Notes under the pieces: model-generated
The model's input: only the letters and a program-made list of their open reading frames with translations
Database searches by the model: none
What the model was told of the DNA's origin: nothing
DNA from: Balanoglossus misakiensis
Lineage: Eukaryota > Animalia > Hemichordata
Direction of reading: 5' to 3'
Assembly (NCBI GenBank): GCA_040954595.2
Contig: CM082586.2
Span: 2,113,124-2,177,123 of the forward strand
Length of the DNA: 64,000 nt
Translations under genes and position numbers: made by a program
In this document: piece after piece, positions 1 through 10,767 of the stretch
How the letters are laid out: each line of letters begins with the position of its first letter
Position numbering within the stretch: position 1 is the stretch's first letter

Positions 1-2324
1 TGTGAGCTCATAAATCGTGATTCCGTCCTTTAGGGGCGAATAATTACAACCGATTTCTGATTTTATAGCATATTTTACATATTTGACTTCTGACCTATTT
101 TGCATTAATATTTGGCGTAAAATGATATTAACACGGTCATAATGTCAAGTAAATTTACATTACACCGTAGTCAGGCACTGTTGAATTATGTCGCGTGAGT
201 AGTTTTTAAATATTCTGAATATTTTTGCAGTGTCATAATCGCTACCACAGTGCGCACGGCAACTTTGGTATCCTGTACGTATACCTTGTCATGAACAAAC
301 GAAAGTTAGCGATACATTCTTGCTCGACAGGTCTCAGTGCGGGTCTGTCTTTTCAAGGACTGGGGTGTCTCAGTTTCCACAAGGACGACATGCAAGCATG
401 GCATTGTATCATTGCACAGCGATATACAGATAAACAACTGTTGGACACGCGACAGCCCCCCCCCCCCACAGCTGTCAATTTGCAGGTCCCCTCGCTGAAC
501 TACGTGCATTATTTTGAGAATTTCACCCCAGGCTTTTCTTGCTCTCTTAATTCCCACCAATTATGAGTCAACTTAAATCAACTTCAAAAATATTATTAAA
601 CAAAGTAAAATTCTTCTTTCATGGAGACGATTTTGGCGATCTTTTCATAATATTTAGATTATTTCACCATCACGACATGTGTCCTAGTGCCAACGGAGTT
701 TTTGCCTCTTCCGTCGCTGTCTTTCGTTTTATATTCGCACAGTTTTGCTTCTTCATCCAAATGATATCAGCTTACATATCTATAAGTAATACTAACAAAG
801 TCGTTGGAATACTCGCAGTGAGGCTGCAAGGGTATTTGCCGATGGTTGAAATTCCAACGTCCACAGACCGTAGCCCTGGAACCGATGCAGTGTGTCTTAA
901 TGTTCGCCTAGAGCGCAAAGTTTTAGGGATAACGCTCACTACACCTTTCCATAACTTTTGTCACCTTTTCGAATTAACCCGCTGATATCTCGGGGCGTGT
1001 TGACCAAGCGACAGTTAAATTGCTATCGGTCACAGTGTGTGTCATTTAAATGGAAGGAGGTCATCCATTCGAAAGGGATAGTATTTTACTGCAATGCGCG
1101 TTCCACCTGCCCAGGTTGTATGTGCGTACATACATAGCTGCAGGTGCGCATAACAAGCAATAAACATTATATATCTACTGATGTTCAGAGATTCTTAGTT
1201 TCAAATACGCCACATTGAGAGGCCGCGACTTTACATACCATGCGCAGAATAACCAAGGATGTTATTTCAACTTACTCTGAATGATGGGCGCTGCTGACGT
1301 CTCGGCCGGGTCGACTACAGAGTTGCAAGGACTTGTCTTTGCGTTGTCTGGACGGACAGGTACCTTTTCTTCAACCTGCAAGACAGTGAACATCGGGTGT
1401 GAAAACAAAACCACAACAGGCTTTGTCCGAGGAGAGGCGTGACGAGCGACAATGCCTCGGCTGTTTCGCCTCGAGTCATGCAATGCGAAGACAGAACCTG
1501 CTATGGTCCGAACAACAACCGCATCTGCAGCGTACCAGAGTGACGACAGAACACCGCCAAATAAACAGGCTTACAGAGAAACAAAACACTGCGTGTCAGT
1601 TTTTAGAATATGTGCCAGTGATTTGAGTAAACAATTTTGGCCAGCACGGCACGGTACCTTCACTGAGTTTCGCCGCTTGGGTTACAACGACACCCGGGGA
1701 TGGAGGTCCGGGGTCCGAGTCTACTTTTCTTGGCGCATCTTATCAGTGCGTTGGACGGAACGGCGGAACGAACTACCTAGGATGGCCTGTATTCGACTCC
1801 GGATGGCAGTGCCCAAATATGGTTGTCACGCCAAGAACGCTGATATCTGAAGAATGCGCGCTGCACTGAAGGCTGAATTGTGTACTCTCTAACTTTTTAT
1901 ACAGTTTTAATTGCACAAGCGCCTCAGTCAGAGTGGAAAAAAAAACTTACTCGAAGTTTTCATTATAACCGGGTGACCTCACGACCTGGAGGTGACAAAG
2001 GACCCCAAATTAGTAGCCAGGACGCTCGTCCACCATGTAGGGCCACTGGGATCAGACCTACGTCATCAAAGCGACGTGTGCCGCATAAACCATCACGAAC
2101 TCCCATAGATGCAAATAGCAGAAGATAAATACAGACTGTTTTTAGTTTGCATACACGCAGAGTCTCAGAGAAAGTCGCCCACAGTTGAGATTCATACAGC
2201 ATTGATAATTTGGCCAGTGACCAGTGGCCCAACTCGATTTGTCATATTTTCTAACTTCCAAAAACTGGGGGATTATTTAAATTCCGAGACAGGCGAGACA
2301 TGATGGCTTGGGCTCAGTCCAGAT

Positions 2325-2545
2325 GCAACCATGACAACGCACACTTGTCAGATGAGATGCGCATAAAGACAAACAAGATTTCATAGCTTTAATGACGTCA
2401 TCTCGTATCTAAGTGAGCAATGCGCCCGAAATGTCAACAAATCATATAGGTCAAGGTGTTTAACAGACAGATACCATGGATACGGGAGAAGTCATCATCG
2501 TGACAGGTCATTGTCCTTGGTATCCATGACAACGTTACTGGCAAC
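2325..2545. promoter_or_regulatory. Cluster of RFX X-box-like motifs plus a full CRE palindrome
   Basis: GCAACCATGACAAC 2325-2338, TGACGTCA 2393-2400, GATACCATGGATAC 2470-2483, GTATCCATGACAAC 2520-2533, GTTACTGGCAAC 2534-2545. Confidence 0.45.
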
Positions 2546-5500
2546 TTAATTTACGTCTGGTGTAGTGGAGATAAGTTGGGGTTACTCAGCCTGTGTGAGC
2601 ACATATTTCTCTGTAGATTTTATGTCACAGCGAAGGCGTGTTCTCTCAGTACAAGGGACAGTGGTGCGTGAGGTCCTGCCGGAAACATTTTGTGAATTTC
2701 GGAGTTGGTGAAAATTCTAGTTCACAGTACTGTATTCGCATGCAAAGTGGTGATTGACATGCAGGTCTGTGATATAGTCTCTTCAGCCAGTATCTTGCAA
2801 TGTCGCTAGAGGCCTTTGTAGAGATGTATTGGTTATTTGCTTAAAACTTTTCTCATGCTTTACTTGATTCTCTATTGAAATTCGGGTGAAACAAATATTT
2901 GCAAGTGATGAGTGGTGAAGAAGGGTGTTTTCTGTTGCGCAAAAGACCAGAACGGGGTCATCTGCAGGCCACAAATGTGGGTCACTCATACAGAAATACA
3001 CAGGATCGGTAAAAATTCAATCTATGCAGAGCTGTGTGGCGAATAAACCTATAAAGATCTGAGCACCAATTTGACATAATTTCACGACTTTAAAACTTAT
3101 TTTGGCATTGTTAATAATGTTACGTGATATTCAAGACTCCTGTGTGGTAATGCGGATCATGTGCGCGATCATTTTCTAAATGAAACGTGACAGATTATTC
3201 CAGCATATCAGAGAATCGTTTTCAACACTTACTAATTAAGAGAATTCCAGTTCAATAGAGCAAATCTTCCAGTCGACTATCCCTTAGACAAACTGTGAGA
3301 AAGCGAAACAAGCCAGAACTCAACAACAAACCGCCAGCAAATGAAGGGGCGCTGTGGTTGAGATCATGATACTATTGTAACGCATACATGTATTTCATGT
3401 ATCTCGTTGACCACAACTATGTCGGAAGCCATGCAGTTCGCGACAGAATATGGGTCCGTTGAATCGCTCGATTGTTCCTATCAATCCAACTGACTTTCTC
3501 TCATAGACAGACAGACAGGCAAAAAAACATACAGGCAGACTCAATAATTTAAAAATAATTCATACTGCGAATTTGGGACGCGGCGAGTTATTCACAAGAG
3601 AAGTATGTTCGCAAGAAACATTCTTCTTACTAATTTTTCTAACGAATTATTTGAGTGAGTCAAGCGTTAACCATGGTGTCTTTAGTATCCCTAGTTCGTG
3701 CGCTAGCTGTTTATGGCTGGATGACTTATAATCCAGGAATGTGTACATCTGCCATCAGTTCTCTCCTGTGTAGACCGAAATCCAATTTTGTACACGTAAA
3801 CAAGCCTCAGGAATCATAGGATCCCATATTCTTATATGAGGTTATGACCTGTAACTTATTGCCGCACGCAGTAATGATATGTATCTGTGTAGGCCAATTT
3901 CTGAGACCGCTAGATGATTTTACGTGCATATGGTGCGCGTGTACTTGTGTGAACGTCTATACATGCATGCATGTGTATAAATGGGCACGCCTCATTTTCC
4001 ATGTACATGTACTGATTTCCGCGTGACACGGGTCAACCGTTTAAGCTTTTGGTTATTGCTACTGGCGGCATGAAATGAACCGCAACTATAGCTAACTGCC
4101 GATTTGTTGGTCGTATAAAAAACGAATCTGCACGTTATTATCACCATTCAGGTTTAATGTTTGCCGATTGTGTTGGCCTTCATCATGCATCAGTTACACA
4201 ACACGACCTCATATTCGATGATTGTATGCCAAAGTGCAATAAGGACGTGTGCAAGGATCATGACCTTGAAATAGGACCCGGATAATAATTCCCATAAGCT
4301 TCATTCATTTATAGTATTTAGTGAAGGTGCCAGTTTACATGCAGACATAGTATGCAGACACTTCGATGACGCCATTTCAGGTACAAAGACCACATATGTC
4401 TATGTCTATCACTACCCGCCTCCTTTAATACAATCCTTGGTGTCACTTCCAAGATAGAAGCGGCAGTCTGTCAGAGATCGGATCTTCTCGAGTGTCTGCG
4501 GTCGGATCGAGGAGAGCTATGTCAAAGGGCACGCTGAACTTTCCCACGAAATCTCTTGGAATCAAGACAACACCGGTGGTCGCGTTGCTAGGCAAAGTTA
4601 TCGTCACGAGGCCAAAGGCCGTCTTCGATCCGACGGGGCGGTTTGTCAGGAGGGACATATATCTTTGTCAAAATTTATGGATTGTAAAGAGAAAACAAAT
4701 TAAAATGAAATTTGAGTAAAATCTATGATTGATCGCTTAAAACCACACTCTTCCTCCAAACAAAGCAGGAGTGTATTTTTATACTCTCTTTGTTTTTAGC
4801 GTCTGGCAAGATCGAGCATGGGATATTTAGCGTTTAGAAGTTTGTAAATATATGAGACATATCTTCACGTCGACTGAAATAAAATAACCGGACAAACAAT
4901 TTCATCAAAATATATCATCGAGTCGAACAGTATTGCACGTAGCGTATCACGGATATATATAATTTCATAAATCAGCGTGGTACTTGCAGTGTTCGCGTTT
5001 TGCTGTAGTGTGACCTTTCCATCAATAGCTTGTGATATTTTCAATCGTTGTGATACCGCGGCCTCGTATCAAATGTCGGATTACGCCTGGCGGACGGGTT
5101 TATTTTTGGCAACGCGCTAAGTTTTACATTTCCACTATGAGTACCATGAACTCGTAGGTCGCCTAACCTCATTTTAGAATCTGTCTGATAATGATTGTGG
5201 CGTTTATGTTTCAACGGGTGCTCTTAAAATAAACACTTGCGTGAAATGCGTCATATGCAACCACGCAACGAGCGTCAATGACGTTGTTCAATTTTTCAAT
5301 ATACAACCTTGTGGGTAGAAACGGTATCCCCACAGCAGTGCTTTGTATGACCAGATGTTGTACAATGAATTTGGCAGTGTCAGTGACGCCATTGTAGTGA
5401 TGATCTGTGGCACTGATGAAATTAATAAAAACAAATGTACTGCTGGCAACATGTCGCCTGAGGGCGTGACCGTACACCAAGACTAGCTGGGATAGCCCAC

Positions 5501-6021
5501 GTGTCTTATTGAGTTCTGGATTTACAAAGCAATCTATACTTTGTGGCAACTGGAACAAGACTATAAATTCTGAGAGACACAGGCGTGGTGAGATAAACGG
5601 CATTTATTTTGTGATGTGACAAAAACTGGAATAGACAGTAAGTTCATTTGCACAAAAGACTGCAAAAATAGAATATTCGATGAGAAAGATTTGCAATATC
5701 AAATCACACACTGAACTGATGCATTTGCTTTCTATCATCAACCCATTGACTTTTCGGCAGGAGGGGGGGGGGGGATAATTTAACCCCTCAGACACAAACA
5801 TGGCATTCAATTAGTAAGTCTAATACATTGAAGGCATGTGCATGTGCACTACTGAGTGGCGTGACTGTGGTTAAACCTATGGTATATACTTTATTTTCTC
5901 CCATACAGTTGACACAGAGATTGTGAAGTCACGCTATACACAAAGTCTTTGACACAACTCTACATGTATGCTAACATAGGAATAGTCTAATACTAAATAA
6001 CAGTGATTTCAGGGCAGTCTT

Positions 6022-7808
6022 TCATCTTCTGGCATTGCCAGGCCTTTCTCGCGCATAATGTGGACCTGAAACCACCAAGGTTCCAGCGATGATGTCGTAT
6101 GCACCGCGATTGTGTTGATAAAAAAGGATTGTCAGGTAGACGGGAAAGAAGAATGCCATGGAGAAGTTTTTAATCAGTGATCTTGCCAGTGCACTGGAAA
6201 AAAGAAGAAAATCAACATGAATATTTAGTTGTATTTCATTCATGGATGGAGTACCTCTACCTGGAAAAATAGCCAATCAGTATGACTTGCAACATTATTA
6301 CAGTACTCAGTACTTACTTGACTGCTCCTATGTCTTCTCCACTGAAGACCAACACTTTGCTGGCTCCCAAATCTAACACACGCTCACTGGCCACGACCCG
6401 GAGACCAAAAAGGTATTTTCCTGGCGTGGATCCACCAAAGTATCTGCCTCCCCGGCTGAGGAAGAACGTCTGAAAGTTTGAAAGAATTCAGAATGCAGGA
6501 ATTAGATACATATCACAGGTGGTAGTTGTAGAAATGTTTTATTTAGACAGAAGTGTGTACTTTCCATAGTATAAGCCTTCCAAGATGTTTTTCTGTTGGC
6601 TGCTGAATTTCAAAGAGTGGTCATTTAGGAAAGACTTGCCTCATAGAGACACACAAATATCCTGTAAATCAACGCAGCAACCAGCATCTGTTGCAAGTCA
6701 TCCACCGTGGCCTCGTCATCAAAATCGTCCAGAATGAAAATCATGGAGAAGTCTGTCTGATCTCTGTGGGTAGAGAAATGATGTTGAAGGGTTTAGTTGT
6801 GTTGAATAATGATTTTCATTAGCATTTATCATTATGTCAACTTGTCAAGATGAAGGGCACCAAACATGATGATGTACATATAATTTACACTTGATACTAC
6901 AATCAACCTGCCTGTACATGACTATATGACAGTTTTGAAATCTACTCACCCAAGAACACCTGTGTATTCCATGATGAATAATGTAGCTAACACTTTTATG
7001 GTAAATAGTATAACGAAATCTACAAACTCTGCTGCAACCCTTTTATACACAGATGGGATGTGATATTCCTTCCCTGCAATACAAGGGAAAAGATTATAAA
7101 TCGTTGTAATAATTTCCTGTATGAGCGTGTCCTGTTTTCTTTGTCTGTAATAGGGTCATTTGTACTATGGTGAATGAAAGGGAAACCACTGGTCATTTAA
7201 TGACCCTGTTTATGACCTATACATAATGACCTTGCACACTGCTACTTCTGTTTTATGAATCCATAAGTTTGTCTAAAAGTCTGTATAAGCTCTTTAAGTG
7301 CAGCTGTATCACCTGGATATTGTACTGAAACAATTTAAGCATGACTGAGTTTGAAGTTACCTTGGAGCGGTTGTGTTTGTGTGGCTTCCTGTCGCTGTTG
7401 CCTTTGCCCTGCAACAGGCGTGGTCGTCGCTCCTGGGGCCGCAGTTTGGCGTTGTGAAGTAGGAACGGAACCATTCTGTGCGACTGACGGACTGTTCTGT
7501 CCAGGAGGCGTAAGAAACGCTGGAAAAGTCACCGTGCTGAACGGATTGTAATGACATGCTGCAGCTGAACACATCGCATAGTGCATCCTATACTGCCACA
7601 GCCATTGCGAGACAGCTTCCGTGTACTCGCGTGAACTTGGCCGATTTTGCACACTGTTCATCGCCGAAGTCCCGTTACTTTTGGCAAACGAGTTGCCCAC
7701 ATGACGTGTATTGTTCATGTGTGTTTGTTGTCCATCGGACTTTTCTGTGCTGCCAGTATTAACACTATTTTCGTTCCGTCTGCGACGAACTTCACTCGCG
7801 TCGTCCAT
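6022..7808 (-). CDS. FAM8A1: FAM8A1 (RDD-domain ER membrane protein, HRD1 ERAD complex cofactor); 5 coding exons: 7808-7361, 7073-6950, 6763-6640, 6469-6318, 6193-6022; 339 aa
   Basis: The exons join in frame (1020 nt total) with GT/GC donors and AG acceptors. The translation carries FAM8A1-like motifs: EYTEAVSQWLWQY; GKEYHIPSVYKRVAAEFVDFVILFTIK; DLQQMLVAALIYRIFVCLYE; GGSTPGKYLFGLRVV; LARSLIKNFSMAFFFPVYLTILFYQHNRGAYDIIAGTLVV. These closely match the human FAM8A1 RDD region as recalled. A minus-strand AATAAA lies at about 5603-5608. Confidence 0.95.
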
Positions 7809-7984
7809 ATTTAGTCACGTGAGTAATGTAATTTCATCGACCTTTGACCTTTGTACCGCTTAGGTCATGATACATAAAAATAATGATGCGTATGCGTCAA
7901 CGAAAGCCCTACAAAAACGATGCAAAGCGCTTGCATTTTTATCAGGAATGATAAACATTTTTGCTGATGACGTGAGGAAAACGC
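7809..7984. promoter_or_regulatory. Bidirectional promoter/5'UTR region between FAM8A1 and the BTB-Kelch gene
   Basis: Head-to-head ATGs are 176 bp apart in a CpG-containing stretch. It holds GTCACGTGAG (7814-7823), a nuclear-receptor DR1-like CGACCTTTGACCT (7838-7850) and TGACGTGA (7968-7975). Confidence 0.75.
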
Positions 7985-10135
7985 ATGGCTTTCCTGCGCC
8001 GATTATTCGGCCTTGTTCAGGTCGGAAATGCCAATAATGAGAAGAAATTGGTGAGTGCTTATGTATGTACGCCATGATCAACACTGCATTATATCAGTTG
8101 TGTTTGTTATCGTGATATTATGTATTCCTAGTTCGGATACATGTATAAAGTTTGTAATTGTAGTGGTTCCCAGTAAGTCTTATACACATGGTGAATGATG
8201 TTATCCCCTTTATTCTTGCAGGACTCTCCGGATAGTACTAGTAGCCATGGTAACGAACGGATGGGCGAGAGAGAGCATAGGAATGATGGTGACAATGACA
8301 ACAGGGATCCTACAGTGTCCATGACAACATCAAGTGTGGCTAGCTGTGAAATTGAAACAGAAAAACTCCCTTCAAAGAGAATTAAGGACGTAGTCAAATC
8401 AACTTTATTACCATCCTCATCAAAACCAAAAGAAACCAAAATTGTATATGAATTTCAGGACCCAGCGAATATCAATAAAACACCAGATTTAGACATTTAC
8501 AATGAACACTTTCATTTTGTTGTCCATCAAGATCTTATGGTTGAGAAGAGTTGTTATGTGAAGACACTTTTGGCCAGTGGAATGCAAGAGAGCCAACGAA
8601 TGACATCCAAAGGAGAACTCAGGTTTTATGATTCACCGCCAACAGGAAAGGCCCTGAAATTGATCCTGGATCACCTGTATGGCAGGGAAGTAGATATTCC
8701 ATCGGATGAGTGTGAGCAGGAAGACCTGATGGCAGCCGCTGATTTCCTGGAAATAACACTGCCAACCAACTTGTTTACGAATATTGTGACGCTGGAAAAC
8801 TGGAGCTACTACTTGTCATTGTCCAAAGTCTACAACTGGGACAAGTTAGAGGATCTGATCAATTTGGTTCTCGCCGCCCATTACAGGTTCCTGAAAGATG
8901 GTGCGGAGTTATCAGGGCTTCCGCAGGAGTCAATTTCCAAGATTGAAAAGTTCACAAAACGCAAAGAAATCGAGCAGTTCTCCAGGCTTGCCCTGTGCAT
9001 GGTGCTCCAGCATGAGTCAAACTCTGACAGCACATCGGGAAAAATCTTGTGTTGCTATGACGAGAAGATTCGTGATTGGATGTTCTTGGACGTCTTCCCG
9101 CCCAGGTGCACCGAGTTCAGCAACAGCCTGCACTCCTCGTTCAAGCACAACTACGTCGCTTTGAAGGTCGGCCACTACAGCAGGCGTCACTTCGAGTATG
9201 ATCCTTACAGCTACAGAGCCATGCAAATTGTGAGCTGTAATCCATCGGAAAACATGCGACTTGTCCCAGAATCTTTCATGTATAACACATTCACAGGGAA
9301 CTGGAACGTAGTGTCTCATATGACACCACCGGGTTTATCGCGTGCCGACCTTCTCCTGGCGGAGTCTGAGGACGTCTTGTATGCGGTGCCTCCCTACCTG
9401 ACAAAAAAGAAAGGATTGATTGTCTACATGTACCAGTACAACCACACATCTCCTCTGCACTGGCAGAGACATGTTGTAACGCCGCCACATTTTCAGGAAG
9501 ACTCGACAACCGCAGACATCCAGTTTCTCAATGCCTGTCTCCATCAGGGGAGCGTGTATGCCCTTTGCTCTGAGGAGGAAACAGATTTGGATTGTCAGTC
9601 ACTCCATATCATCAAAGTCACTCGTCATCCACATCACCTTGGAGACGAAGCTGTCTTTGAAGTTGACTCGGAATATGCATCTCTAGACACACAAGTTAAT
9701 GGAAACTATGCCAGAATCTTGGCAAGTGAAGGAACCATGCTTCTTGTAGTGACATCAAGTTCACGGGTGCTGCTGACATCTCCTAACACATTCGTGGTTT
9801 TCCAACTCCAAGAAAATACAACTGCAACTTTCAGACAAGTCGCCAAGGTCCCCACCACACGACTTGGAATCAAATCACTCAGGGAATTCCTACAAGACTG
9901 TAAAATGGTCCTCGTAGATCAATGTCTCTACCTCTTGTCCCCGGGAACAATGGATGACATCATCTTCATCAATATCGCCACCAAGGCTACGGGACACATA
10001 TCCTTGCCACATTTCATATTTGATCCCAGGAAGGACATCGTGGCGCTATTTCCACTAGGTGTACCACGGGAGCTGGGCATCTGTGCTACTATGCTGAAAC
10101 AAAAGAAGATAGATATAGTGAGAGACGACATTTAA
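7985..10135 (+). CDS. BTB/POZ-BACK-Kelch-like protein (KBTBD/KLHL-type putative CUL3 adaptor); exons 7985-8050 and 8222-10135; about 659 aa
   Basis: The 646-codon ORF 8195-10135 contains a BTB domain (FHFVVHQDLMVEKSCYVKTLLASGMQES...LKLILDHLYG...DLMAAADFLEI), a BACK-like helix (VTLENWSYYLSLSKVYNWDKL) and degenerate Kelch-like blades (CYDEKIRDW, FMYNTFTGNWNVVSHM). The probable true start is ATG 7985 (MAFLRRLFGLV...EKKL), with donor TTG|GTGAGT at 8050/8051 and acceptor TTCTTGCAG|GAC at 8221/8222, in frame at phase 0. Confidence 0.88.
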
Positions 10136-10767
10136 AACTTAATGATATTGACTGGCCATGAGAGCAACAGCATACAGTGCTGATGAACTTTTCTTTGTAG
10201 CACAACTTTTTTTCAATACAAATTGCACTCCGCATTCCAAACATTACAGATATCCTCATACATGACTGCATTTACAATGATGACCGATTCTCACGGAAGC
10301 CATTTACAAATGAATTTGAAATATCAATGTACATTATTATTGTACAAGTATACTATATTTATAAGATTAAAATTTAACCTGTACCAGATGTTTCCAGCAT
10401 TTCGATTTTATCAAAATTACCATTTAGGTCGCTATTTTGATCCTTTTCTCGAAAGTTTGATGAACTTTCTAGCCCCCTAGCACTCGAAAACTAGCCACGT
10501 GTCCTTGGGATTTCATTCGCTGAATGTTAGAAAGGAGGACATTAAGCTAAACGCTGTGGCTGGCTGGGCTTCTGTGCCATTATCCCGAATAAACAATGTT
10601 AATCAATCCGTTTATAAGTTAATTAATTAATTTGCGGCACATCTTGTACGAGCATTGTCTTTGAACCAAAGTAACCTCAACCCATTCACACCTCTATGAA
10701 TGCTTTAAGTGGACAGTTAGGGTGACTGGTTGAGGTTGTTGACCTGATATGACCTGACCCATTCATC

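Noticed and set aside
8195-8221. ATG at 8195 as the start of the BTB-Kelch protein
   Set aside because: It lies in the pyrimidine tract of the acceptor at 8221. The upstream exon 7985-8050 gives a better in-frame start.
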